The translations under genes and the position numbers were made by a program. This document shows, piece after piece, positions 19,476 to 28,842 of a stretch of DNA of 40,286 nt. The notes under the pieces are model-generated. The model saw nothing but the letters and a program-made list of their open reading frames with translations, was not told the DNA's origin and did no database searches. Within the stretch, counting starts at the first letter, position 1; every line of letters starts with the position of its first letter. The DNA is from Actinomycetes bacterium (GTDB taxonomy: Bacteria > Actinomycetota > Actinomycetes > S36-B12 > UBA10799), in contig JBAXOQ010000003.1 in NCBI GenBank assembly GCA_037133175.1, forward strand, positions 1 to 40,286. Direction: 5' to 3'.

Positions 19476-20111
19476 ATGGACCTGTTTGCGGAGATTGCCG
19501 ACGAGCGCAGAGGCGTGGCGGACCTGGTCGCAGAACTGACCGAGGAGCAGCTGCAGACCCAGAGCCTGTGCAGCGGCTGGGACGTTCGAAGCGTGGCGGC
19601 GCACCTGTTGATGCCGCTTGTCACGCCGACACCGAAGTTCGTGATCGCGATGGCGCGCGCCGGGATGAACTTCAACAAGGCCAACATGCAGCTAACCGCG
19701 AGTGTTGCGGCGCGACCGACCGAGCAGTTGGTCGCAGGGCTTCGTGACCACGCCGGCAGCAGGTTCACCCCGCCGGGGCTGGGACCTGAGGCGCCCTTGA
19801 CCGATGTGCTGGTGCACGGCCAGGACATCCGTCGGCCGCTCGGGATCGAGCGGACGTTTCCACCGGATCGAATCCGGGTCGTATTGGACTTCCTGGTGAC
19901 GCCGGCTGCGACGCGCGGACTGGTCCCCAAGGGGGTCGTGGATGGCGTGGCACTGAGCGCCACCGATCTGGACTGGTCGGCCGGCTCGGGTGCGCAAGTC
20001 AGCGGTCCGGCTGAGGCGATCATGTTGTCGCTGACTGGACGCACAGTGGCCCTGGCGGATCTGAGCGGCCCCGGGGCGCAGGTGTTGTCGGGTCGCTTCG
20101 CACAGAGGTAA
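19476..20111 (+). CDS. Maleylpyruvate isomerase family mycothiol-dependent enzyme
   Basis: SLCSGWDVRSVAAHL and VHGQDIRRPLG motifs. Confidence 0.9.
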   Translation: MDLFAEIADERRGVADLVAELTEEQLQTQSLCSGWDVRSVAAHLLMPLVTPTPKFVIAMARAGMNFNKANMQLTASVAARPTEQLVAGLRDHAGSRFTPPGLGPEAPLTDVLVHGQDIRRPLGIERTFPPDRIRVVLDFLVTPAATRGLVPKGVVDGVALSATDLDWSAGSGAQVSGPAEAIMLSLTGRTVALADLSGPGAQVLSGRFAQR

Positions 20112-20269
20112 GAGCGCGCGCGGCTAGGCGTGATGGGTTCGCGGCCCGTGGCATCCCAGCTGGCTGCGTTGTCCTCGTCAGCGGTAGCCCCACTACCGTT
20201 TCCTCGTCCGCCTTGCCAGCCGGGCGCCTCGAACCGCTCACCGATCCATCCACCCAGCCGCGCGCGCTC
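20112..20269. mobile_element. MITE-like element (158 bp) with TAA target-site duplication
   Basis: 14-bp perfect TIRs GAGCGCGCGCGGCT/AGCCGCGCGCGCTC, imperfect to ~30 bp; TAA at 20109-20111 and 20270-20272. Confidence 0.75.
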
Positions 20270-20292
20270 TAAGTGGCCGATAGAGTCTGGGT

Positions 20293-20457
20293 ATGAGTGA
20301 AGCGCCCCGCTGGGAGTACCTAACCGCACCGCTATTGGTCCACAACACCAAGCAGATCCTGGATACGTTCGGTCAGGATGGCTGGGAGCTCGTACAGGTG
20401 GTGCCAGGCATGAACGCCGAGAACCTGGTGGCCTACTTCAAGCGCCCGAGGGACTGA
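20293..20457 (+). CDS. DUF4177 small protein (Rv3678A-like)
   Basis: Below the ORF-track cutoff: MSEAPRWEYLTAPLLVHNTKQILDTFGQDGWELVQV...YFKRPRD; TAGAGT -10 box 6 nt upstream. Confidence 0.92.
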   Translation: MSEAPRWEYLTAPLLVHNTKQILDTFGQDGWELVQVVPGMNAENLVAYFKRPRD

Positions 20458-20463
20458 GCGCTG

Positions 20464-20970
20464 ATGTCGGCTGTGCAGGATCGAATAACCGAGCTAGGCC
20501 AGCTGCTCCCACCGGTTGTCCCGCCGCTGGCCGCGTATGTGCCGGCTGTTCGCACGGGCAACCTGGTGTTTACGTCGGGAGCGCTGCCCCTGGTGTCCGG
20601 CGAACTACTAGCCCATGGGTTGGTAGCAGATCAGCCCGGCGATGATGTGGTCGACGGCTGGGTCGTTGATTCGGGACTGGTCGACGTGGCCGTTGCCAAG
20701 GCGTGCGCGGCGCAATGTGCGCTCAACGCGATCGCCGCCATCGGAACCGTGGTGGATCTGGACAAGATCACTCGAGTCGTCAAAGTCACCGGTTTTGTGG
20801 CAGGCGTTGAAGGCTTCGCCTCACATCCCCAAGTCGTGAACGGGGCCTCTGAGCTGTTGTTAGCCATCTGGGGTGACGACGGCAAGCATGCGCGATCCGC
20901 CGTCGGGGTGGCGACCCTACCGCTGGGCTCACCGGTCGAGCTCGAACTCGTTGTCGAGGTCGCGGACTAG
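20464..20970 (+). CDS. Rid (YjgF/RidA superfamily) protein
   Basis: AAYVPAVRTG, NGASEL and HARSAVGV motifs. Confidence 0.93.
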   Translation: MSAVQDRITELGQLLPPVVPPLAAYVPAVRTGNLVFTSGALPLVSGELLAHGLVADQPGDDVVDGWVVDSGLVDVAVAKACAAQCALNAIAAIGTVVDLDKITRVVKVTGFVAGVEGFASHPQVVNGASELLLAIWGDDGKHARSAVGVATLPLGSPVELELVVEVAD

Positions 20971-20974
20971 CGAC

Positions 20975-21826
20975 GTGGACACTCCCTCGGGACTGGCCAT
21001 GCCGGCGCATTTGGTCGAGCGTGCCCGTCTGCTGGTAGCTCGCCGGTCGACGGGCTGGACTCCGCCGCCGCTTCGTGATGCAGCCACTGTGGTGATGGTG
21101 TGCGACGCAGATGACGGTTTGCAGGTCTACCTGCAGCGTCGCGTGCGCACCATGGCGTTCGCCGCCGGGATGTACGTGTTCCCGGGGGGTGCGGTGGATC
21201 CGGCGGACCGGGACCGGGCGCGCGAGATCCTCGCCACCGCCAGGGTTCCGGCCATCCCGTGGGAGTTGGAAGGCAACTTCGACCAGGGTTCGGGCCTAGG
21301 CGAGGACACCTTGTCGGCGCGGCTGGCCGCTGTGCGAGAGGTGCGGGAGGAAGCCAACCACGACCTCGTCGACCCGATGGCATTGCGTTACGTGGCCCAC
21401 TGGGCGACGCCCGAGGTAGAGGATCGCCGCTACGACACCCGGTTCTACGCCGTTGCGCTGCCACGGCAAGACGCCGTGTTTGAGAGTTCACGCGAGTCGG
21501 ACCATGAGCGCTGGATTCGTCCGCAGGAAGCTCTGGATGACTACGTTGAAGGCACTATGGCACTGCTGCCGCCGACCGTCGCGGTGCTGTGGGGCTTCGC
21601 GCGGGCCGTCGCGGACGGGCACGATGCCAGCAGCGCCGTAGAAGCGTTGGCGCGGGAACGAATCGTTCCGCTGATGCCGGCGCCGGTGGCAGATCCGAGC
21701 CGCGAAGACGGGATCCGCTGGACCCTGGTCGATTTTCGGGACGGCCAGGAGTTCACCTCGGTGATACCGCATGCGCTGGACATCCGGAATTCGGAGTCGG
21801 GCCGACGAGGGTCGGATTCGCCGTGA
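20975..21826 (+). CDS. NUDIX hydrolase
   Basis: AATV...VFPGG...AAVREVREEA, WATP...RRYDTRF; start uncertain (20975 or 20999). Confidence 0.9.
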   Translation: MDTPSGLAMPAHLVERARLLVARRSTGWTPPPLRDAATVVMVCDADDGLQVYLQRRVRTMAFAAGMYVFPGGAVDPADRDRAREILATARVPAIPWELEGNFDQGSGLGEDTLSARLAAVREVREEANHDLVDPMALRYVAHWATPEVEDRRYDTRFYAVALPRQDAVFESSRESDHERWIRPQEALDDYVEGTMALLPPTVAVLWGFARAVADGHDASSAVEALARERIVPLMPAPVADPSREDGIRWTLVDFRDGQEFTSVIPHALDIRNSESGRRGSDSP

Positions 21827-22629
21827 GGGGCGGGCTGGCAACCCCGCGCGCGTTCTCGGTGCTGGCGCCCAACCCGGGGCCGATGACGTTGGATGGCACT
21901 AACACTTGGTTGTTGCAGGAACCAGGATCGGACACCGTGGCGGTGGTAGATCCGGGTCCAGATCAGCGCGACCACTGGCAGGCGGTTGCCCGCGAGGTCG
22001 AGCGGCGCGGAGCTCGCATCGACACCATTTTGTTGACCCATCGGCATGGCGACCATTCCGCCGGCGCTGACCTGTTTGCCCGGGAGACCGGCTGTGGTGT
22101 CCGGGCCTGGGACCCGGAGTTGGCTACCGACTCGGAGCCGTTGGTCGATGGTGAGATCGTGGTTGCCGGCGGGTGTGAGGTAACCGTTGTGGCGAGCCCG
22201 GGCCACAGTTCAGATTCGGTGTGCTTCTGGGTTTCGGCGGATCGGGCGCTGTTGACCGGAGACACCATATTGGGCCGTGGCACGACGGTGGTTGCCTTTC
22301 CCGATGGGAATCTGGAGCAGTACCTGGCGACGCTGGACCAGCTGCAGCAGATGGCCGCCGACGGCCGGGTGGGGACGATCTTGTCGGGACACGGACCGCT
22401 GGTGACAGATCCCCTGGCAGTGGTTGGCTTCTACCTGGACCACCGGGCGGAACGGCTTGAGCAGGTTCGCGTCGCCGCGGCAGACCTCACTTCGCAGGGC
22501 TCGACTGAGTTGGCGGAGGAGGACCTTGCCGCGCTCATAGTCGAGCAGGTCTATGCAGACGTGCCCCGCGTTGTCTGGCCCGCAGCCTTGCTCAGCGTCC
22601 GATCCCAGCTGGAGTACCTGCGGCGCTGA
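21823..22629 (+). CDS. MBL-fold metallo-hydrolase
   Basis: APNPGPMTLDGTN, THRHGDH and PGHSSDS motifs; GTG overlaps the NUDIX stop. Confidence 0.93.
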   Translation: MRGGLATPRAFSVLAPNPGPMTLDGTNTWLLQEPGSDTVAVVDPGPDQRDHWQAVAREVERRGARIDTILLTHRHGDHSAGADLFARETGCGVRAWDPELATDSEPLVDGEIVVAGGCEVTVVASPGHSSDSVCFWVSADRALLTGDTILGRGTTVVAFPDGNLEQYLATLDQLQQMAADGRVGTILSGHGPLVTDPLAVVGFYLDHRAERLEQVRVAAADLTSQGSTELAEEDLAALIVEQVYADVPRVVWPAALLSVRSQLEYLRR

Positions 22630-22631
22630 AG

Positions 22632-22701
22632 AGCTCGCAAACCCCCGCCGTCAGCCGGTTTTCGAGACGAAATATCGGCGTACGGCGGGGGTTTGCGAGC
22701 T
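22632..22701. repeat. Long palindrome (REP-like element or bidirectional terminator)
   Basis: Perfect 20-bp arms AGCTCGCAAACCCCCGCCGT/ACGGCGGGGGTTTGCGAGCT between convergent genes. Confidence 0.8.
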
Positions 22702-22714
22702 GTTGCCTGCCGAG

Positions 22715-23389
22715 TTACTTGGAGCGGCGTTCGAGGCGTTCGGGGTCCAGTAGTACGACGGAGCGGGACTCGAGCCGGATCCAGCCGCGGGCGGCGAAGT
22801 CGGCCAGCGCCTTGTTGACCGTCTCCCGGGATGCTCCGACCAGTTGGGCCAGCTCTTCCTGGGTCATGTCATGGGTGACGTGGAGCCCATCGGGCTGCGG
22901 GCGACCGAACTTCTCACCAAGCTCTAGCAGAGTCTTCGCAACCCGACCGGGGACATCGGAGAACACCAGGTCGGCCATCTGCTCGTTGGTCCGACGCAAC
23001 CGTTGTGCCAGAGCTGCCAGCAGCGCTTCGGCGACCTCCGGTCGGCCGGTGAGCCACGGGCGCAGGGCCAGATGCCCGAGGCCCATCAGCGACACGTCAG
23101 TCAGTGCGGTGGCGGTTGCGGTTCGGGGTCCGGGGTCGAACAGCGACAGTTCGCCGAGCAACTCGCCGGGGCCGAGGACGGCAAGCAGCGATTCGCGGCC
23201 GTCGGCCGAGGTGTGGCCGAGCTTCATCTTCCCTTCGGTGATGATGTACAGGCGTTCGCCTCGTTCGCCCTCGAGGAACAGGACCTGGCCCTTGCGGAGT
23301 TGCACGGCATCCATGGACGCGCGCAGAGCGGCGGCGGCTTCCGCGTCCAGGGTGGAGAACATTGGCGCGCGGCTGAGAACGTCGTTCAC
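22715..23389 (-). CDS. crp: Crp/Fnr family regulator (Crp/GlxR)
   Basis: GELSLFDPGPRTATA cNMP pocket; HTH TQEELAQLVGASRETVNKAL. Confidence 0.95.
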   Translation of the reverse strand: MNDVLSRAPMFSTLDAEAAAALRASMDAVQLRKGQVLFLEGERGERLYIITEGKMKLGHTSADGRESLLAVLGPGELLGELSLFDPGPRTATATALTDVSLMGLGHLALRPWLTGRPEVAEALLAALAQRLRRTNEQMADLVFSDVPGRVAKTLLELGEKFGRPQPDGLHVTHDMTQEELAQLVGASRETVNKALADFAARGWIRLESRSVVLLDPERLERRSK

Positions 23390-23558
23390 GATTACCCTTC
23401 AGTTCGTGTCGAGCACCTAGACCCTCAGGGCTTCGACGTTGGACAGTCTGCCGCAACCAGATAACTCTCGCACCCTCATAGCCTGGGATTTCGCCACCAA
23501 TTTGGACGCAGTGCGGCGATGCTCGCCGGATTCCAACACAATTGGCGCGTCCGCTGCG

Positions 23559-24194
23559 CTAGAGCGGCACCGGGTTCTCGGGCCTTGTGGGCAGTGCGGT
23601 CAGCGCCAAACTCGGGCACTCGCGGTAGCGGGACACCAGTTCGGCGGTGTACGCGTCGATCAGGTCGAACAGCTCCCGCCGCCGCGTCGACAGCTGCTGC
23701 TCGGCGGCCTTCAGATCAGCCTCGAGCGCGGCTCTCTCCTCGCCAGTCGGGTCGATTCCACGGTTCCACAGGTGCCCTAACCCGTCGATGGGCGGCATGC
23801 CGACACCGGGCTGAACATTCATCAGCGCCAAGCGGTTGTTGCTGCCGAGCTGCTGGGAGAGCACCCGCTGAAGTCCCTCGACGGTTGTGCCGCGCTTGAG
23901 TGATCCGTCTCGCAGCAGGTCCAGTCGGGCCTGGATGATCCGGCGCCAGTAGGAGACCCGGCCCTCCAGAGCCATCAATCGTTGCCTGCGCTCGCGGATC
24001 TCCTGCAAGGTGAGGTCCGCCAGCGGCGTCGTCACCGAGCCGGGCCGTGACCACGACTGCTCGGGTACCGAGTCGACGGAACCCCCGACCGAGTGTTGGC
24101 CGTCATTTCCGCTCGTGCTTGTACCGTCACGCTGTACCGCTCGCAGGTTGGATCGTCGCGAGCTCATCGCCGCTTCTACTCCAAGCTCAAACAT
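23559..24194 (-). CDS. rsiG: RsiG/AmfC-like c-di-GMP-binding anti-sigma factor
   Basis: EGRVSYWRRIIQARLD fits E-x3-S-x2-R-x3-Q-x3-D; a second, degenerate copy reads EQQLSTRRRELFDLID; C-terminal ELVSRYRE. The start may be 24167. Confidence 0.8.
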   Translation of the reverse strand: MFELGVEAAMSSRRSNLRAVQRDGTSTSGNDGQHSVGGSVDSVPEQSWSRPGSVTTPLADLTLQEIRERRQRLMALEGRVSYWRRIIQARLDLLRDGSLKRGTTVEGLQRVLSQQLGSNNRLALMNVQPGVGMPPIDGLGHLWNRGIDPTGEERAALEADLKAAEQQLSTRRRELFDLIDAYTAELVSRYRECPSLALTALPTRPENPVPL

Positions 24195-24286
24195 GCCGCT
24201 CCCCGGTTGTTCGATCCGATGCCGTTAGGCGCCGTGTCTGCCGTGAGTTCCCGGTAGCTGATCTCACGACTTGGGTTCTGGCATGG

Positions 24287-24313
24287 TTATCGGGCGTCGT
24301 CAACGATTCCTGA
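24287..24313 (-). promoter_or_regulatory. Putative sigma28 (FliA/WhiG)-type promoter for the rsiG-like gene
   Basis: TCAG-N15-CCCGATAA compared with the consensus TAAA-N15/16-GCCGATAA. Confidence 0.55.
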
Positions 24314-24354
24314 ACCCAACGGTCGTCCGATCGGGTGACCAGTAGGCTGGCTGG

Positions 24355-25209
24355 GTGGTCGAACCGGCACCGAAATCGGACAAAGGGCCCATTCGGGACA
24401 ACATTTCCACACCCAAGGTAACCGGAAACGCCTCTGAGCCTGCGGTCCCAGCAGTCCGGACGCCAGGTGCCAGCGCCGCGCAACTGCGTCGTCACCGGCG
24501 CGCGTTCGCGAATGAGACCCGCTTGGCGTTGGTCAGACGGGCTCGCCGGATGGGCCGAATTCTGGCCAGCACGTACCCCGACGCTCATTGCGAACTTGAT
24601 TTCGACGGGCCGTTCCAATTGCTGGTGGCGACCATCCTGTCGGCTCAGTGCACAGATGTCCGGGTCAATGTCGTGACCCCGGCGGTGTTCGCAAGGTTCC
24701 CGGACCCACAGGCGATGGCTTCGGCGGATCGCGCGGAGCTTGAGCAACTCATCTCGTCAACCGGCTTCTTCCGAGCGAAATCCACCTCGCTACTAGGCAC
24801 GTCATCGGCGCTGTGTGACCGGTTCGGTGGGCGGGTGCCCTCTCGGATGGCGGATTTGGTGACTCTGCCGGGGGTGGGTCGAAAGACAGCCAACGTGGTG
24901 CTGGGCAACGCTTTCGGGGTGCCCGGAATCACCGTTGATACCCACTTCGGACGGTTGTCCCGTCGGTTCGGCTGGACCGTCAAGGCCGATCCGGTGGAGG
25001 TTGAGCACGACGTCGGCGGGTTGTTCCCGCGTCGCGAGTGGACGGACCTGTCGCACCGGATGATCTTTCATGGCAGACGCATCTGCCACAGCCGAAAGCC
25101 CGCTTGTGGAGCCTGCCCGTTGGCGATGCTGTGTCCATCGTTCGGGCTGGGACCGATTGATTACGATGCGGCCGCTGCGCTGGTGAAGGTCGGCGCCGGG
25201 TCCGGGTGA
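24355..25209 (+). CDS. nth: Endonuclease III
   Basis: LSAQCTD, Hh[11 protein letters not shown]-x6-C-x2-C-x5-C; TAGGCT -10 box 6 nt before the GTG. Confidence 0.96.
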   Translation: MVEPAPKSDKGPIRDNISTPKVTGNASEPAVPAVRTPGASAAQLRRHRRAFANETRLALVRRARRMGRILASTYPDAHCELDFDGPFQLLVATILSAQCTDVRVNVVTPAVFARFPDPQAMASADRAELEQLISSTGFFRAKSTSLLGTSSALCDRFGGRVPSRMADLVTLPGVGRKTANVVLGNAFGVPGITVDTHFGRLSRRFGWTVKADPVEVEHDVGGLFPRREWTDLSHRMIFHGRRICHSRKPACGACPLAMLCPSFGLGPIDYDAAAALVKVGAGSG

Positions 25210-25406
25210 GCGTGCGGCGCACCGTGGCGGTGTCGGCACCTGTTCAATGTTGCGGGAGCGACGTATCATCGTGACTCGGGGATCCGTCGGATCATCGGCT
25301 TGTTTGGCGCTGTCCGCTTGTCTCCGGGGAAGCCCCTCCTGAGGCTGACGTTTCCCCGGGGCTGTAGGTGCTTCCGGGCTAGTGCCAGGACAAGGGTGAG
25401 GGTGGG

Positions 25407-26108
25407 ATGAGCGAACAGACCTGGGGTCGGCTTCATGTCGATCCTGCCGCCGTCCCGGCCTGGTTTGGACCACTGCTTGAGTCCATCAGGTGGGGTGACT
25501 CGGGCGAGCTTGCCCGCTTCGCCCGCCCACCGGGTGCGCTCGCTCGCGAATCTGCGGTGCTCGTGCTGTTCGGCCACACCCACCTCGGCCCGGACGTGTT
25601 GCTGATCGAACGTTCGACGAACTTGCGCTCCCACGCTGGCCAACCGGCTTTCCCGGGGGGCCGACGCGAAGCTGCAGACCGCAGCGCGGTCGCGACGGCA
25701 TTGCGGGAGGCCAACGAGGAGACTCGGCTCGATCCGTCCGGAGTAACTGTTGTCGCGGAGTTGCCCGGGCTGTGGCTACCCCCGTCCGCGTCGGTTGTCG
25801 CACCGGTGATCGGCTGGTGGCACGAGCCATCCCCGGTATCGGTGGGTGATCCCGTCGAGGTGGCGGCCGTGCATCGTGTTCCGGTTGCCCACATGGTTGA
25901 GCCCGGGAACAGAGTCCAGGTGTCTCACCCGTCTGGTTATGTGGGACCCGGGTTCGAGGTCGGTGGGATGCTGGTGTGGGGATTCACTGCGATGATTTTG
26001 GATCGTCTGTTCGCGATGGCGGGCTGGGAGCAATCGTGGCAGGAAGGCGCGCGAGTCGTGCCGTTTGACGATGGGTACCGGGTAACGGAGGGGGGCGAGG
26101 CGAAGTGA
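25407..26108 (+). CDS. CoA pyrophosphatase (NUDIX)
   Basis: LRSHAGQPAFPGG, ALREANEE and VWGFTA motifs. Confidence 0.93.
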   Translation: MSEQTWGRLHVDPAAVPAWFGPLLESIRWGDSGELARFARPPGALARESAVLVLFGHTHLGPDVLLIERSTNLRSHAGQPAFPGGRREAADRSAVATALREANEETRLDPSGVTVVAELPGLWLPPSASVVAPVIGWWHEPSPVSVGDPVEVAAVHRVPVAHMVEPGNRVQVSHPSGYVGPGFEVGGMLVWGFTAMILDRLFAMAGWEQSWQEGARVVPFDDGYRVTEGGEAK

Positions 26109-27319
26109 CGATCTTCGGGCTGAATTTCATCGATATGCTGGTGATCCTGGGCATTGTCGCGTTCGCCTGGTTCGGTTGGCGGCAGGGATTCGTGGCGTCT
26201 CTGTTCATGTTTGTGGGCTTCATCTTCGGCGGCGTTGTCGGCGCGTGCCTCGCCCCGGTGCTGCTTGGGGCGATCAACATTCACGGCACAGCGGGACTGC
26301 TGGCGACCTGCGGCATCGTGCTTGGTCTGGCGGTCGTCGGCCAGGTCTGTACCGGCATGGTTGGCCGCGAGTTGCGGGATCGCATTACGGTCGAACACAT
26401 CAAGGTCGTGGACAGCCTCGGTGGTGCCGCACTGAACATCTGCGCGCTGGCAGTCATCGGCTGGATCCTTGCCTCTGCGGCTTCAGTTCTGCCGGCCTCC
26501 CAGGTGTCGGCTCAGGTCCGTTCGTCGTCGTTGCTGGCAGCGCTCGACAAGATGGTGCCAATGCCGGCCAGGGATATGGTCGGCAACATTCGGAAGCTTG
26601 TCGACGACTCGGGGTTGCCGCAGTTGTTTGACGGTTTTGGCGTGTTGCCGCCGACTCAGGTGGAGGCGCCCTCAGCCGCAGTTGTGTCCAATCCGGCTGT
26701 GCAGCGCGCCCTGCAGTCTGTGGTGCGGGTCGAGGGCCCGGCGCCCTCGTGTAATTCGGGGTTCACTGGATCGGGTTTCGTCGTCGCCCAAGGCAGGGTA
26801 CTGACCAATGCCCACGTGGTCGCCGGGGTACCTGCCCCCAGGGTGCACGTGCCGGGCACCCGGACGGTGTTCCACGCTCGGACCGTGTATTTCGATCCCC
26901 GGGTTGATCTGGCTGTGCTGGAGGTTCCCGGTCTGACCGCGAGAGTGCTCAAGATGGCGGGGGCAGCCCAACGCGGTGATGAGGAAGTCATAGCCGGGTA
27001 CCCCGGAGGCGGGGATATGACGGCCACCGCCGCCCGGGTTCGCGGAACCATCGGCTCCGGAGCCGCTCGCGGGACCGATATCTACGGAAACCCTGGTGTC
27101 CCGCGGGAGATCTACTCGCTTCGCGGTCAGGCCCGGCCAGGGAACTCCGGCGGACCGTTGCTGACGCCGTCTGGGACGGTCGCAGGCGTGATCTTCGCGC
27201 AGGGCCAAGGCGACGATCAGACCGCGTATGCCCTGACGAGCGCGCAAGCCGCTGCCGCGATTGCCGCCGGGAGTACCAGCACCGAGTCGGTGCCGACCGG
27301 TGGCTGCGTGTTCGACTAG
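26105..27319 (+). CDS. marP: MarP family membrane serine protease
   Basis: CvpA-like TM N-terminus; TNAHV, DLAVL and GNSGGP catalytic triad. Confidence 0.93.
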   Translation: MTIFGLNFIDMLVILGIVAFAWFGWRQGFVASLFMFVGFIFGGVVGACLAPVLLGAINIHGTAGLLATCGIVLGLAVVGQVCTGMVGRELRDRITVEHIKVVDSLGGAALNICALAVIGWILASAASVLPASQVSAQVRSSSLLAALDKMVPMPARDMVGNIRKLVDDSGLPQLFDGFGVLPPTQVEAPSAAVVSNPAVQRALQSVVRVEGPAPSCNSGFTGSGFVVAQGRVLTNAHVVAGVPAPRVHVPGTRTVFHARTVYFDPRVDLAVLEVPGLTARVLKMAGAAQRGDEEVIAGYPGGGDMTATAARVRGTIGSGAARGTDIYGNPGVPREIYSLRGQARPGNSGGPLLTPSGTVAGVIFAQGQGDDQTAYALTSAQAAAAIAAGSTSTESVPTGGCVFD

Positions 27320-28296
27320 TCAGATCCGATGCTGGGTGGATTCGAGTCCGGAATCCGGTGATCCGGGTCGTTCCAAGCCGGGGTGGTGGCGAGCCAATCC
27401 AGGATCAGCGAATTGACCCGGTCGGGGGCCTCCTCATGCGGGAAGTGCCCGGCATCCGCCAGTGGACGCCACGCGTATGGGCCGTCGACGAAGTCACCGG
27501 AGCCCTGCGCTGACCGTGGCAGCACCGTTCGGTCGTTGGCGCCATGGATAGCGAGCACCGGGGCTTTGACCGGATGGGAAGCCATCTCGCGGGCATATCG
27601 GCGCCCATCGGGTCGTGGGATGGAACGTATCGCCCACCGGTGGTATTCGATCGAACAGTGCGCTGTGGGCCCCATTTCGAAAGCAGCCCGGTAGCGGGCT
27701 GCAGTGTCCGCGTCTGGCCATGACGGCACCGCCGACCACTCCTGCAACATGCGTTCGATGGCTAGGGCGTCGTCAGCGAGCAACTGCCGTTCTGGAATCC
27801 ATGGCCGCTGGAATCCAAGAACGTAACTCGATGCCGCGAGTTGTGCTCGGTCACCGAGGATCGCTTGGCGCATCCGGACCGGGTGCGGAATCGACAGAAC
27901 CGCCAGTCGGTTCACCGACTCCGGGTGTAGCGAGGCTGTTGTCCACGCCAGCAGTCCACCCATGCCGTGGCCGATCACGGTGGCATCGCGGTCACCGAGG
28001 CTGCCAATCACACCGGCGACATCGCGCGAGAGGCTGAACATGTCGTAGCCGCGCGGCGTGTGGTCACTTCCGGCGTAGCCCCGCAGATCCATGGCGACCG
28101 CGCGGTAGCCAGCCCCGGACAGTAGCGGTAGCAGGTGACGCCAGGTGTACCAGAACATCGGGAACCCGTGCAGCAGCAGCACCAGCGGTCCGTCGCCTTC
28201 GGTGACGACGTGGAATCGGGCGCCGTTTGCTGACACATCGCGGTGTGTCCACGGACCCGTCGCATAGACGGCCGCGTCCGGCGAGTAGTGGGGCAT
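27316..28296 (-). CDS. Alpha/beta hydrolase (epoxide-hydrolase-like, Rv3670-like)
   Basis: LHGFP, DLRGY, GHGMGG and GHFPHEE motifs. Confidence 0.92.
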   Translation of the reverse strand: MPHYSPDAAVYATGPWTHRDVSANGARFHVVTEGDGPLVLLLHGFPMFWYTWRHLLPLLSGAGYRAVAMDLRGYAGSDHTPRGYDMFSLSRDVAGVIGSLGDRDATVIGHGMGGLLAWTTASLHPESVNRLAVLSIPHPVRMRQAILGDRAQLAASSYVLGFQRPWIPERQLLADDALAIERMLQEWSAVPSWPDADTAARYRAAFEMGPTAHCSIEYHRWAIRSIPRPDGRRYAREMASHPVKAPVLAIHGANDRTVLPRSAQGSGDFVDGPYAWRPLADAGHFPHEEAPDRVNSLILDWLATTPAWNDPDHRIPDSNPPSIGSD

Positions 28297-28323
28297 CAGT
28301 TGTCTCTGCGGCGTGGGTCGAGG

Positions 28324-28833
28324 CTATTTGCCGCTGGGCGCGGCTGGTTGCGCTCCCGGGGTTGGGCGAGGCGTCGGCACGCTGGGACCGCTCGTCAAGC
28401 TGGCAGCGGTACTCGGCCTGGGCCCGTTGATTGTGAGCGTCTGCAGCGCCTGCTTGGTCTCGTCGATTTGCTCTATCGTCCGCTCAGGTCCCTTGATCTT
28501 CTTGCTCTGTGCCCGACCCGCCAGCACCAGAATCACTGCAACAAGGAACAGCAGCAGCATCACAATTCCGAAACCGGCCCATACGGGCAGCCAGATCGCC
28601 AAAACGTAGGCCAGAGTCACCAGCAAGAAGATGAACCCGAGGAATGCCAGCACGGCAGCTACGACGAATACCGCTGCTGCGGCGGCGGCACGGGTCGCGG
28701 ACTCCTTCATCTCCGCCTTGGCCAGCTCGATATGGGCCTGAAGCAGTCGCGAGAAATCCTGGCTGGCGGTGCGAATGAGCTCGGCAACGCTGGGGTCAAC
28801 CTTGTTCGGGTCTTTGGTTTGAGCACTCGTCAT
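28324..28833 (-). CDS. Phage holin family (YqjE-like) membrane protein, Rv3669-like
   Basis: IELAKAE, two TM helices, PERT; conserved position. Confidence 0.88.
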   Translation of the reverse strand: MTSAQTKDPNKVDPSVAELIRTASQDFSRLLQAHIELAKAEMKESATRAAAAAAVFVVAAVLAFLGFIFLLVTLAYVLAIWLPVWAGFGIVMLLLFLVAVILVLAGRAQSKKIKGPERTIEQIDETKQALQTLTINGPRPSTAASLTSGPSVPTPRPTPGAQPAAPSGK

Positions 28834-28842
28834 GTGCTGAAT

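Noticed and set aside
28324-28833. Prophage implied by the holin-family gene
   Set aside because: This is a conserved chromosomal gene of the block and no phage genes are nearby.
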